Assembly: GCF_006345805.1 (NCBI RefSeq)
Contig: NC_042997.1
Span: forward strand, 26,350,001-26,414,000
Source of the DNA: Octopus sinensis
Taxonomy: Eukaryota
Direction: 5' to 3'
DNA: 64,000 nt
Of the stretch, positions 37,306-51,437 are shown piece after piece; within the stretch, counting starts at the first letter, position 1; every line of letters begins with the position of its first letter. The position numbers and the translations under genes are program-made. Under the pieces are notes generated by a model that saw nothing but the letters and a program-made list of their open reading frames with translations, ran no database searches and had not been told where the DNA came from.

Positions 37306-39932
37306 AAAAACCGATTATTCTCAAATAACCAGAGGCAGTTTTTGAAGAACATAGGAGGAAATAAAGAAGATAGTAAACCTCCTGAGGCACAAGCAACCCG
37401 CCAATTTTGGAATAACATCTGGGGGCAAAAGTTTCGCACAACCAAAGTGCTGAGTAGATTTATTCCGTGAGATCCGAACTCTATAACCCGGAGGTTCCAC
37501 GACAGCACTATGTCCTCGGTGAGAACAACATCTTTCCCCTTGAACAAGAAGGCTGCAAAAGAAACTCATACGGCTGCAAAGACCAGCTATTAATAAACCA
37601 TATGAGGCTCTAAAATTGCTCATCCAAAAAATGAAATCTTAGCACAGCATGAAGTCTATCGTAAGGCATTTGACAGTGTCCCACATAGCTGAATTTTCAA
37701 GGCACTGGAAAAATACAACATCCCTCCTTTTATAAAAAGGTTTTCTACAACACAGTATGGGACTGTGGAATACAAAATTATTTCTCAATCACGAAAATAG
37801 ATCGTGGAATATTCCAACGTAATTCACTTTCCCCTCTCCTCTTCTGTCTTTCCCTCATTCCCTTGTTCCACGATCTGAATAGAAGAAACTACGGGTAAAA
37901 AGTGTTTGACAAGATCGCCTAACATTTGCTCGATATGGACGATCTGAAGTTATGCAAACGATATGCAAACGATGACAAGGATCTGAAAGAGCTATTGATA
38001 ACCGTGAAAAAATTCAGTGATGACATCAATATGGAATTTGGCATTGGCAGGTCTGCAAAAGCTTCATTGAAATGTGGGAAACTGACATCTAATACCACGA
38101 CCCAACTTGATCCTGATATATCTATCAAGGATCTGGACCAAGAAGGCTTGGGTTACACGAAGGCAAAGGGATTCATTACGGATCAATAAAAGAGAAGACT
38201 ATTATAAGGAAAGACTATTATTGACGTATTAGAATGGCCCAGAATACTGAGCTGAACTCTCAGAGTAGAATTGCAGCTAAAAACTCCCTGTCGGTATCAA
38301 TTGTCCAGTTTAGCCTTAATGTTATCAGTTGGAATATGAGTGATCTCTAGCGTATGGACATAAAGACCAGGAAACTGCTGATACTAAACAGGATGCACCA
38401 CCAAAGTGAATGTTTACTGAGCGAAAACACCTAAAGCTCCACGAACTCCGGCAGAGGGTGGTGGCGATCCCTGCTGTACTCTTTCGCCGCAACTTTCTCT
38501 CACTCTTTCTTCTGTTGGCCTGCTCGCTTAGCCAGCGAGGTGGCGTCATTTGAAGGCTAAAACAATGCGAAGCGCATTGTGACCAGTGATATGTAGCAAT
38601 ATCTGATAGTTTGATCGGTCACGTCACGCACGCACACACAAGGACATACACACACCCTCATATGTGTGATTGTGTGTGTATTTATACATATGTACGTGTG
38701 CATGCATGTATGTAAGTTCTTGAGAGAATTCAAGTCGATCGCTAACACAGCGTTAAGACATTTTGAGTTAAGAGAGTCCATAGGATCTATATCTCGCGAA
38801 AGGAAGGTGGCAGAGGCCTAATCCAGCTTGAAATGTCCTATAAAACGATCGCGATAGAACTTCAAGTGTACATCCAAAGTAACACTGACTGAATGATACA
38901 GCTGGTAAGGCAACATGAACAGATCAAGAAATTACACTTAATCATAATAGAGTCATATAAATACAGACAAAAGCTTATTCTGCCTGATTATGATGATGAT
39001 AAGGAGGATACACCACCCATTAAGGCAGTAAAAATGGGTAAAACAAAAGCCAAGCAGGAAAGCTTGACGGAAATATTAAGACTGCGGAAAGAAAAGCCAT
39101 AGCATGTGTAATATCGCAAACGAGCTGGGAAGACTGAGGTAGATATAAGAATGACCCATCAATGGCTGCAGAGTGTTGGTTCAAAAGCCGAAACACAACG
39201 ATTCATTCTAGCAGCACAAGGACAGTCTCCTCACTCGGAACTATCAGGCTGATGTCACACACAATGAGGTAGACACAAAATGTAACTCTGCAATGACAAA
39301 CCTGGGAGTATTAACCACATTGTTGCCGGTTGCTCAATCTTTGCCCCTACAGAATATAAAATCAGGCATGATCTAGTTGGCCAATACTTGTACTGGAACG
39401 TATGGTGTCACTATGGTATTTCGCATCGTAAGAACTGGTATGAACACCATCCAGAGTCAGTCACTGAGGGAAAGAATGTTACCATCCTATGGGATTGTGG
39501 AATACATGCAGAAAGGTAAATAAATGCTAACAGACCAGATATCGTCATCAAAGATCTATAATAAACAAACAAAAAAAAAATCTCTGTTAATTGACATGAC
39601 AGTACCAACTGATAGAAATATCCCAGCAAAAGAATTTGATAAACTGTCGAAATATACGGACCTCGAGATTGAGATATCTGGTACGTGGCAGTTAAAAACC
39701 GAAACCATCCCTGTTGTTGTTGGTGCCCTGGGAGTGATCAAGAAAGTTACTGACAATTTTTTAACCTGATCTCTGGGAAATCAACAATCTATGAATCGTA
39801 AAAAATTGTGTTGACATCAACCGTCCACATTCTCTGGAATTTTCACTCCATCTAATATATATATATATGTGCCTTAGGTCTCTCTGGTTGGGTCCAGATC
39901 AGAAGATAAAACAAAACGCAATTCAATCGGAA

Positions 39933-39935
<3 letters not shown>
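37306..39935 (+). mobile_element. Decayed 5'-truncated R4/Dong-clade LINE (RT, CCHC finger, RLE)
   Basis: FWNNIW, KAFDSVPHS, MDDLKL (~37930), AAQGQ, CND...INHIVAGC, RHD, NANRPDIVIKD, LLIDMTVPTDRNIPAKEFDKLSKY, TIPVVVGALG. Ends at (TAA)n. A SINE C without its head is inserted at 38406-38620. Confidence 0.85.
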
Positions 39936-39998
<63 letters not shown>

Positions 39999-40012
39999 AA
40001 TAATAATAATAA

Positions 40013-40507
40013 CTGAAAGGCTTCAAAAAATAAAATCATGCCCCCTGATTGATATGACTGTCCCAATCGACATAAATGTATCTGTCAAGACCTACCAAAA
40101 ACTGAGCTAGTATAAAGATCTTGAAATAGAAATTGGCAAAATGTGAAACGTCAAAACTAAAACAACACCTGTTGTCATAGGTGCCCAAGAATGATAGCAA
40201 AAGGGGTTGATTCCCACCTAGCTCAGATAACAGGAAACCCCCAAAATGGCAGAAATTCAAAAGCTAGTGCTCATGGTAACTGCTCATATCTTACGTAAAA
40301 TACTGTCTATGTAATGTCAAATTTTAAAACAAACTCATAATTTTCTTGTTTTCTTAAACATTCTCTGTAACAATACCATGTGTAAAACCAAATATATGAC
40401 ACTCTAGACATAACATCAACATGAACTTCTAACTTGTCTCTTGAGGTCTCTGGATGTGACTTGTAGTCAACTTGTACAAATACAAATACAAAGCAAAAGT
40501 CAAACAT
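40013..40507 (+). mobile_element. R4/Dong 3' end + 3' UTR between (TAA)n tracts
   Basis: LIDMTVPIDINVSVKTYQKLS*YKDLEIEIGKM; the UTR matches 36682-36990. Confidence 0.8.
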
Positions 40508-40522
40508 ATAATAATAATAATG

Positions 40523-40591
<69 letters not shown>

Positions 40592-40899
40592 GTAATTTCA
40601 TTTATTAACCACAGGGGCATAGATGTGGGGGACATCACAGATATAGATAACAATTTGTGAGGAGATTTATATAAAGAATGCAGAAGAAATTATACAGACA
40701 GTGAAATGCAGTAAAAGTGCACATAATATAAAAATTATGGGATAGCCTGAAAGAGGCACTCACGAGAAACTCCACCTAGGGTCAATCAATAAACTCACCG
40801 ATTCATGATTACTATGACCACCAAAGTTACAACTCCTCTATCCTATTCTCCAGTCTACAGGTGAATATTAAAATAGGGCCATTCACTCTAAACATTCTC

Positions 40900-41560
40900 A
40901 TACCACAACCATATACCTTTTTATAAATTCACTGGGAGGTAGCACTTCTCTCTCCACCCTCACTTTCCTTTCCAAGTGGAACTTTAAAATGCCGAAGATA
41001 ACTGACCGAAGAAGAAGGTGTCCTTCCTCAATCCTTTTAGTCCCGTTCACTACAGAATCGCTTCGCCATAACCACTAGACAGAGGAACAACGCCTGCCAT
41101 GCTTTGTTAAAGGTAAGATGTGGGACGATCTTTACGATGGATTCAGCTGATAGTCAAATTTGTCTCACTGTTCGACATAATTCCACAAGTCAGCAATACT
41201 CGGACACTGCAGGAGTGCATGCTGAACGGTATCGTCGCTCTGTGCGCATCTCGAACATCCAGACCGTTTATCTCGAATTGGCAGTGCTCTTCGGTAGCAC
41301 TGCCAGACCATAGGTTTCAGGAAATTATCCATGATGGTACAGGGCCTGTAAGTTCTCCGAAATAGACCAGCTAGTTTATCCTCGTCGAATAATAAAGCAT
41401 GGGATTGACATGAGAGTAGAACATTCTCAGAAAACTGCTATATTAAGGGATGGCTAGAATTTTGAGCTTGGTATTTAAATGTTAGATATCACCGAAGAAG
41501 AACTTGTGAGATCTTTAACAGGTTCTCCGTCCTTACAGAATAAGCTAGAGCAAGTGAAAT
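40900..41560 (-). mobile_element. Older 3' fragment of a Tx1/L1-clade LINE
   Basis: 41180-41330 aligns by eye with 46310-46490; CSRCAQSDDTVQHALLQCP finger. Confidence 0.75.
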
Positions 41561-41730
41561 CGAAAAATCTGAGAAGTGAAATGACAACAACAACGACAAT
41601 AATAATAATAATCTTTTTTTACTATAGGTAAAAGGTCTAGAATTTTTAGGGAGGGGTATAGTCGATTACATCGACCCCACTAATTCACTGATACTTGATT
41701 TATCGAACTTGAAAGATGACAGGTAAATAA

Positions 41731-42650
<920 letters not shown>

Positions 42651-42665
42651 AATAAAATAATCAAA

Positions 42666-43226
42666 AATGCCCTGGTGCAGTACCAGGCAGTGACTCTCAT
42701 GGCTTCTGATCTTAACTGATTGGAAGTGTTATCAGGTACATGTTTTTTGTTGGTATAAATGATGAGCTACAGTAAATATTCTGCTCAATACCACAGGTTT
42801 GCTTGTCAGTTGCTTCACCTTAACCAGTTGAGCATGTTCCTATGTCACGATGTGCATCTCTGATCCCGAGCAGGAGTAGTGGGAAGCATCATAGCCATGT
42901 ATTGAGAGGAATTCTTTGGGATCTGAATAATTCACCTTTGGAAGCATGGGTGTTTCGTTCGATATCCTTAAACGAACCTTATTCAGGGACTTTTTTGTGT
43001 GGGATGGGCTTCCCAACCTGAAGAAAATTCTAACTGGGCCTCACCTGCAAGGTCATGCGGTGTTTAGCTTGATATCAGACCAGAATGTCAGGCACATATG
43101 GTTGTGATGCATGTGTGTGTGGTGTACCTTTATCAGACGAGTAGTCATGGTGGGTATACTGGGCTTTGTATATTCTACCCCCCCCCCCCCGTGTCACTTT
43201 GATGGCCTGCACTGCTCTCACACTCA
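42666..43226 (+). mobile_element. ~550-bp non-coding module, full copy
   Basis: aatgccctggtgcagtaccaggcag...gcactgctctcacactca, then (AAC/AAT)n. Reverse-complement copy at 35630-36176. Confidence 0.85.
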
Positions 43227-43513
43227 AGTAACAACAACAACAACAACAACAACAACAAAAACAATAACAATAATATATTCATGGAATACAAGAAACTAAG
43301 TTAGGCTAAATTAAACCACCAAAAGTTATTCCGTTAAGAACATCTATGTTCCAAATAAATAAAGCATCCAGTAGGGAATTCGTATCTTCTTTAGATACAT
43401 AATGCACGCGTGGCATGTTATTTATCTTCTTTAAATGTTATCTAACGTTTGATGGTATTACTATACACTATACTATATTGAAGGTCATCACATATACACA
43501 TACGTACCCAGGT

Positions 43514-43555
<42 letters not shown>

Positions 43556-43583
43556 CTCTGTCCTTCTCTGTCTATCTCTCTCT

Positions 43584-43629
<46 letters not shown>

Positions 43630-43658
43630 TATATATATTGTGTGTGTGTGTGTTTATA

Positions 43659-43746
<88 letters not shown>

Positions 43747-44001
43747 CATACATACACACGCACGCACATATACATATGTATATGTATGTATATATATATA
43801 TATATCTCCTTCTATTTCTTTCCTCTCTCTCCCTCTTGGTATGTATATATATATATATACACACACACAATGACAATCTTTGAAAGTTTTGAATCATTAT
43901 ATTTACAAGTGCCATAAACCACATACACACAAAAATAAAATACAAAATACAAAGAAACACAAAAAAAAACAAAACAATAAATAAACATCGAATTTACTTA
44001 C

Positions 44002-44434
44002 CAATAGTTGTAATTACTGTTACAGAAAATAACAGAGAACCAGCAAATGACCACTGAAGTTCACTGTCACTATAGAGTCCATTCCATCCAGTTGATTCTG
44101 TAAAGTGCACAATTTCTTCTTCAAATTCCTTAACTAAAATAGTAATATTCTCAAAATCATTTTCAGATAAACTGTCTTCATTTTCTGAAAACTTTAGTAA
44201 CTTCAATGTATATTTTTCCCTCATTTTCTCGGCTTGTTTTCTGATATCTCGTTCATGGTTGCCTTCCAGTCCTCGAAATATCCATCCTCCCAGAATGCTG
44301 TACCCAACCACACATCCCGTTAAACCAACGTGGGAAAAGAGAAACATGAATAATTTCTTGAAGCATAGTAAAACCAATCCGAGACACCAGTACGCTTTTA
44401 AACAAGCTCTCCGTTTACGCTTTGATCTTGACAT
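44002..44434 (-). CDS. First coding exon of a two-pore-domain K+ channel (K2P/TWIK family, invertebrate TWK/KCNK18-like)
   Basis: ATG at 44434 with an in-frame TGA two codons upstream. M1 FLFSHVGLTGCVVGYSILGGWIFRGLE, extracellular cap, pore helix QWSFAGSLLFSVTVITTIG, then a canonical phase-1 donor G|GTAAGT (44001-43996) splitting the TIG-YG filter. Confidence 0.93.
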
Positions 44435-45159
44435 TTTTCAATAATGTAAAAAGAAAAAGAAATACGAATGGTATAGAAAAATATAGGGGATAAACAAAGA
44501 AAAGAAATTCAAATATTGCTTATCATATCAATCCGGAATAATCTTATGGCTGAATTCCAATGACATTTTTTTCCATCAGTTTTTTTTTTCTTTTCGTTTC
44601 GTTCTATTTTAAGCTTTCGTTTGATTTTGTTCGGCTGACCATTTCTTAAAAAGTATCTGAACTTCCTTCTTTGTCTACGTCACTATATAAACATTCAATG
44701 CTTCATAGAAATTAGTGGAAAACCGAAACACATCGTTTACTGATTGGATGGATGAATTGAGGTAGAAAGCAAAACAAAAGGAAAAGGAAAAGGAGAAAAA
44801 AAGACAGTAATGAATGAAAGGGTATAAGAAAGAGAAAGGTAAAGAGAACGAGGCAGAAGAGAAAGAAAATAAAATGAAGGAAAACAAAGTGAGAGTAAGT
44901 GAAAGAGAGAGAGAGGGGGGGGGAAGAAACTGAGAGAGAAAGTGGGAATTCCTTTCAGTTATATATGTTTGAAATCTAAGGTCGGGTTGAGAAGATATGA
45001 AGAAACTAACCAGTAGGAAGAATCTATAACGTTTATTGTAACATTAACCTATACAACAGGCATCAACTCTGAAAGAGATCACCATAGATAACAACATCCA
45101 GGTTGCACAAGGCTGTAGAAGCTGCCGCCGTCATCCCCCTCTATCACCACCGACACCAT

Positions 45160-45223
<64 letters not shown>

Positions 45224-45477
45224 GCTGCTGCAAAAATAAAATAAAGCTTTTCAGATATGGAACAATAAATTATAAATAAAAAAAAAAAGACTGATAAAAG
45301 TAAAAAAAAAGTAATAATAGATAAAAACCAAGTCACAAAAACCATTAAATAACAGGAGAAAAAGGCTTAAGAGATAAACGTATCTGCATATGTTTATAGA
45401 CATGAACGATAAAGAGTATAAGGAATAAGGATTTAAGAGAATTATACACACACACACACACACACACATATATATGT

Positions 45478-45769
45478 GGAAGCACTCCGTCGGTTACGAC
45501 GACGAGGGTTCCGGTTGATCCGAACCAACGGAACAGCCTGCTCGTGAAATTAACGTGTAAGTGGCTGAGCACTCCACAGACACGTGTACCCTTAACGCAG
45601 TTCTCGGGGATATTCAGCGTGACACAGAGAGTGACAAGGCCGGCCCTTTGAAATACAGGTACAACAGAAACAGGAAGTAAGAGTGAGAGAAAGTTGTGGT
45701 GAAAGAGTACAGCAGGGATCACCACCATCCCTGCCGGAGCCTCGTGGAGCTTTAGGTGTTTTCGCTCAA
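45478..45769 (-). mobile_element. SINE family C (tail type 1) lacking its tRNA head
   Basis: Matches 12955-13235; the 5' end is replaced by Tx1 3' UTR. Confidence 0.85.
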
Positions 45770-48700
45770 GGAAAAAATTGATCAATAGGGATCGTTATCA
45801 CAGAAATGTCAATATGAAGTGTAAAGGGGAGGACAGGTGAGGTTTACCCGTGGAAAGAAAAGCCTACGGAAAAGACCACGGTAACCTCGGTCAATGAAGT
45901 CACATGTTATATTTCTTTTTTTTTTTTTGCAAATAAGCAACTCTCTGTATTAATTTTTACGGTTCATAGAATCATAGTCAAGGTGGCTTCGTCATTCATA
46001 CGTGCCATCATTGCTACATTCACCCATCTTTTTTTAAAACATTCACTAGACAAAACTTGCCTCTCTACTCTCACTTTTTTCTTCAAGTGATACTTGAAGA
46101 AGTTGATGAGAGATTGACCAGAGAGGAAAGTGTTTGTCTCTAATCCTTTCAGACGCGTCCACCAGATACATTCTTTCGCCATAGCCACAAGTATGATAAA
46201 AATAGCTCTTCCTTCCCGTTTGAAGGAAGGAGGCGTGACGATATTAACGATAGACTCGGCTGATAAACCGACACGTCCCACACGTGACAGCAGTCGTTCG
46301 ACATAAGCCCACAGGTGGGAAATTGCTGGACACTGCACGATTGCGTGCAGAGCGGTTTCGTCGCTCTGCCCGCATCTCGGCAGGTCGGCCCCGTGTTTCT
46401 CGAGCCATGCCTATAGAGCTTATCCCGAACGGGTAGCGCTTCTCGGTAGCACCGCCAGGCCAGGGATCTCTGGAAGTTGTCCATAGGTCCCGGGCCGAAA
46501 GTCGTTTGAAACAGGCGGGTCAGGTATTCCTCGTCGACGCCCAGGTTTGCCCCGAGCTCGTCGTCGTACCTCCCCTCCACTAATCCCCTATAGAATGCTT
46601 TGGTTGTGTTGAAGTCACTCAAGGTCGACCCGGGACGGCAGAGTTGCTTGAGAGCAACGCGACACTCGCGGTGCCATTCGCCCTTCTTCGGCCTCTTTTT
46701 GATCCACGACTGTAGTTCGGTCATGGAGACGAGTTGCGGGAATGCGTGCCTCACAAACGGCGACCACACCTGTTCACCGTCGTCTACATAGAGCCGGAGA
46801 TGTCGCAGTCTCAGCGCGTGTCTGCGCATCATCAACCACGGCATGCCCAGCCCTCCTTTTAACGGGTGTTGACAGCAAATGGATCGCCTGACCATCGGGA
46901 CGCATCCTTTCCACAAGAAGCGGAAGAGGATGCGTTCTAGTTTGGTGATGGTAGGTTCGGGACAAGGTACGACGGTCAGGCGGTAGTAGATGATGGACGC
47001 GATGTACGCGTTCACCACCCCGCCCGACCTTTTAGGGACAGTTTCCTCTCGGCCCATTGCTGGGCGAGAGTGACCACCCTACTCGTTATCTCGTTCCAGT
47101 TCTTCTCCATTTGGAGGTCCGGACCGAACCAGACCCCGAGCAACTCAACCGGGCCGTCTGTCCAGCGTCCCACGACGGAGGTACTGGTGGACGGCATGGG
47201 CTTGCTTCTCCAGGTGCCGAGCCGCAAGCCCACTGACTTTTCCCGGTTGATTTTTGCTCCTGTCACCGCTTCGTAGTCTTTCAGTGTCTCGCCGACCCGC
47301 TCGATGTGCTCGTGGCTTGACACTATGACGGTGACGTCGTCCGCGTATGCAGACACGCTCGTCCCGCATCCTAATTCTCGCGGGATGCCCCTCAGTGTCG
47401 CCAGCTTCCGCAGTAGTGGCTCAAGAGTCAATACGTATAGAAGCGCCGAGAGGGGGCATCCCTGACGGACCGAACGTGCAATGTCGAAGGGTCTCGATAG
47501 ATGTCCATTTACGCGAATTACCGAACGGATGCCTCTGTACAAGGCAGCTATCCAGCCGCGGAAGACGGGACCGAAACCAGCCGCTCTCAGGACTGCCTCC
47601 AAGTATCGATGGTCTACCCTATCAAAGGCTTTCGATTGATCCAAGTTGATCAGGGCCCCACCCATGCCAGGTTCGTTAACTACCCTGTCTATGATGTAGC
47701 GCATCAGATGGAGGTTGTCATGGATGCTCCGGCCCGGCACGGCGCACGTTTGTGCGTTGTCGACCAGTTTCTCCATGACAAGCGCCAACCTCTTGGCTAA
47801 CACCTTTGTCAAAATTTTCAGGTCTGCATTGAGCAGAGTGATTGGCCTAAAGTTATGTTTCCCTTGTTTGGATCTTTCTTCAGCAGAGTTACAGCTCCTC
47901 GACTCACAAAACTGGGTATGCTCCCGTTTTGCTGCCAGTTGCAGTATACCGCTGCCAAGACGTCTCCAAACAAGTCTGGCATACAATAGTAAAATTCGTA
48001 GGGTAGACCATCCAAACCCGGTGATTTGTCCCTCGAGCATTCTGCCATCGCTTCCTGCACTTCCGCCGCCGTGATGGCACCTTCGCAGCACCCTGCCTTT
48101 CTTGTCGAGAGTCGTGGCAGGCTATGTAGGTAGGCACTGAAGTCTACCCTACGTACTCTTGCCCTCCACTCGTCCCGAACAGTCGGGCAAAATGCTGCTG
48201 AAAGGCCTCACACATTTTACTTGGCTCCAGCAATTCGCGCCCCTGTCATCTACCAGTGACCGAATGGTGGCTTTGTTGCCCTGTTGCGCCTCTGCCCGGG
48301 CCTCTCTCGCGGCTCCAACACCTTCGTTCCTTAGAGCACGCATCCTAGCTCTGACAGCACATCCTTCGTGTTTGGCGTTGAAGTGTTGGTCGAGGGCCAA
48401 CCTCGCCGCCAAAACGTCGGATGCGATGCCGCTTCTAATTGCCTCTTCTAGCTTAACTAGCTCACCCTCTACTCTATTTCTATCTATGGCTAGTGCTTTG
48501 CTGTACCTAATCGCTTCTGCTTTTACTGCTCTCTTGAGGGCAAACCACCATTTGTTGTTGATGATGGCTCCCGTCAAAGCCCTCTTTACTAGTGTGCTAA
48601 TCCGGTCTCTGAAAACTTGTCTGGACGGGAATGATGCGTTCAGTTTCCAGTACCCAGGACCCTGTCTATGTGCCTTATCTAAGTCTAGCGTACACGTCAC

Positions 48701-51300
48701 CAATTTGTGATCCGTGTAGCTGACTGTGTGGAATTGTGGACATCCTAAGTTATCCTTGTCTACTGTCCTACACAGTATCCTATCTAGATACGATCTCGAC
48801 GACCCACTGCGGTTGCTCCATGTCCACGTTGGTGCATTTGGGTGGTCGAGTCGGTACCTGTCAGACAGTTGGAATCGTCTGAGCAGGTCTCTGAGGCATT
48901 TGCATCCCCTTCTGTTTCTGTCTCTACCCACGTAGTCTACATGCGTGTCCAAGTAGCATTCCAATCCCCCACTAAGAGTAAAGGACGAGACGTTCCCAAG
49001 AATACTTCTAGACGTCGAAAGAAATCCGCCCGACCTGTTAAGGGCGGTGCGTAGACTGATACGAGTCGAAAAGCGCACCCATTGCTGCCGTCAACATCCA
49101 GAACGATCAGTCTACCCTCCGGGTCTACGAATATCGTCTTGACTTCGAGATCCAGGCTCTTGTGAAAAAGTACCGCGGTGCCACTACCGCCCATCCTCGG
49201 CAGACAGGGAGCGAAATAAATGTTAAAACTGTCCGCCAAACATGGACTTTAGGGCCCGTGGCTCGTGGAGTCTGGTCTCACTTATGGCTATGATTCCCAA
49301 ATCATGTGACTTGATGTCATTTAGGAGGTACCTTGTTTCCAAGGAGACCCCAAGTCAGCGCATTCACAACCAATCTTGACCATGATTCTATTGGGGGTGT
49401 GCTTTAAAACACACAAATGAAAGTACAGAGAGTTACTTACTTGTGTCGAAAGTTTTGGCTTCCTCGTTCTTTGATGTGTCTTCGAGGAGGTTTCTATATA
49501 GTTTTGGGACAGATATTTCTGGAAACCCCCTACAGCATTTGGGAAGAGGGCTTTGAGTTTGTGTGTTGTGTTGTGTGATGTGTAGTATTTTGATGTGTTT
49601 GGGTGGTGTAGTGCGTGGATGATTGCTATTTTTAAAGTCATCTTCACAAATGTTTGTGTATCCTGTGATGTACTCCATTAGTTTGGAGTCTTTTGTGTCT
49701 ATCGCTGATAGCATTGTTTTTGTGGTGTTGGTGCTTGTTTTGTTGTGTATGGAGTTTTCAGGGTTCAGGTATCTCCCTGCTTTGGTTGCGATTTCTTGTT
49801 TGGTTTTTCTTGATCTTTTTCTTTTACCCCTTGTGGCTATTTGCCATTCTGTCGAACTTTCATCGTTAGATGAAAAGTCTGACGAATCAGCAGGGGGCAA
49901 GGGTAAAGCGTCTGGGTGTGTTTGTGCGGTTGTAGATATTGTTGTGGTGCGCGGGGAGGGTGTTGCTGGGGGGTTTGTTGTGGTTATTGTCTCTCCTACA
50001 TCCTTGGTGCTTGTCTTCTTCGTTGTTATTCTTGGTGTTGGAATTGGTTTATTTGTTGTTGGTGGTGATGATTCTGTTCTTGGCGCTGGTGTTGGTGTTG
50101 TTGGTTGGGTTGGCGTGTTCTTTGTTGTTTTTCCTGCATTTCCGCATACAGCTTCTTGACTAGCTGTCCATATTGTGGTGTGGGCAATAATCCTGGCTTT
50201 TGTGATTTTTCCTGTGGCTGTTGTTGTTGTTGTAATTTTGCGGCAGATTTGCACTCCTTTTTGAGGTGTGCCTCACTGCCACATGTATAGCATCGTGGCC
50301 TTCTGCCCTCGACTACTACGTATAACTTGCGGCCATCCTCAAGATGTACGTGGGTGGGGATTTTATTTATGTCCTCTTGACTTATGTGGAAGAGGAACTC
50401 TATTCTCTTTCCCAGCCAGTCCTTGTTTTCCGAAACACCGATATCTAGGATGTTTAAGTCCTCCATTTCGGATGTTAAGGCGGATGTTATCCACAGTGTT
50501 GTAGTCACTTGGGGGACACCACTGATAATGACTTTCGTCACCTTCTGGCCGAGGTAACTCGGTGTCAACGTTAGTTCATCAGAATGAAGGGTTATCGTTG
50601 AGAATTTCTTCGCCAACTCTTCATTCTGAAAACCACCTGTACGTCACCTGTACGTCACACAATCCTTGTATCCCCAGATAAAGCACTTTTCGACTTTGTC
50701 TGTGCTTGCCTTTTCTGGACTTTTAGTTTTTTTATTTGTGATTTTATATACAATTGTCTTTTTTTTCTCCTCATTCAGTATGTGCTGAGGTATGTGTAAG
50801 AGTATTTTTCCGTTTTGATTTGTAATAAGGTTTCTGCAATCTTTAATCTGTTGTGTAGTAAACGAAACTTTTGTTACCTTTCTTTTATCGCCTCGGCGAA
50901 GTTTGTTGTTGTTTTGTTTATTGTTGTTACTGCCGGGTGTTGGTGTTGATGGCAGGGATGTGGGTTGTAGGTTTGTGGTTGCTGATTATGCAACTAGCAA
51001 GGGGTGGGAAATTGCCTGCGTAATTTAGTCCTGCATTAGCGCAAATTTCGGCATTTCGTTTGCTTGTCGTCGTTATTTTTTCACTTGTTGGTGATGGAGT
51101 GAGCAGTGGTTGAAGGGAATTGTTGTTGTCGTCGTCGTTGTTGTTGTTGTTGTTGTTGTTATTGTCGTTCTTGGTGACGGCGGTGGTGTTAGTAGTATTA
51201 GTAGCATTGACGGCATTTTGTGTAGATATTTATCAAAGGTTTGCAGTGGATGTTGTTGCACAACTTTTAAACACAAAATATTTGTCAATATACACTTTTG
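45770..51300 (-). mobile_element. Near full-length Tx1/L1-clade LINE, frameshifted
   Basis: ORF1 with CYTCGSEAHLKKEC knuckle (50026-50616) and a T/P/K-rich tail. ORF2 from ATG 49383: APE (ISETR, VYAP, GDWN, TDHKLV), RT (NFRPITLL, LDQSKAFDRVDH, RQGCPLS, YADD), C-terminal finger (RCGQSDETALHAIVQCP), stop 45964. Clearly GC-richer than the flanks. The 5' boundary is approximate. Confidence 0.92.
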
Positions 51301-51366
51301 AACGTATAAAAATACCAACTTACGTGGAGCCCATTTGACTTGCGTCTGTCTGTCCGATAGAGAGAT

Positions 51367-51437
<71 letters not shown>

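Noticed and set aside
42666-42740. Possible HDV-like ribozyme at the 5' end of the 550-bp module
   Set aside because: I could not assemble P1/P3/P1.1 by eye; it needs a descriptor search.
45060-45240. Possible upstream K2P exon (tttttgcag acceptor on the minus strand)
   Set aside because: Mostly (AGT)n, stops in the plausible frames, weak donor; unsupported without RNA data.
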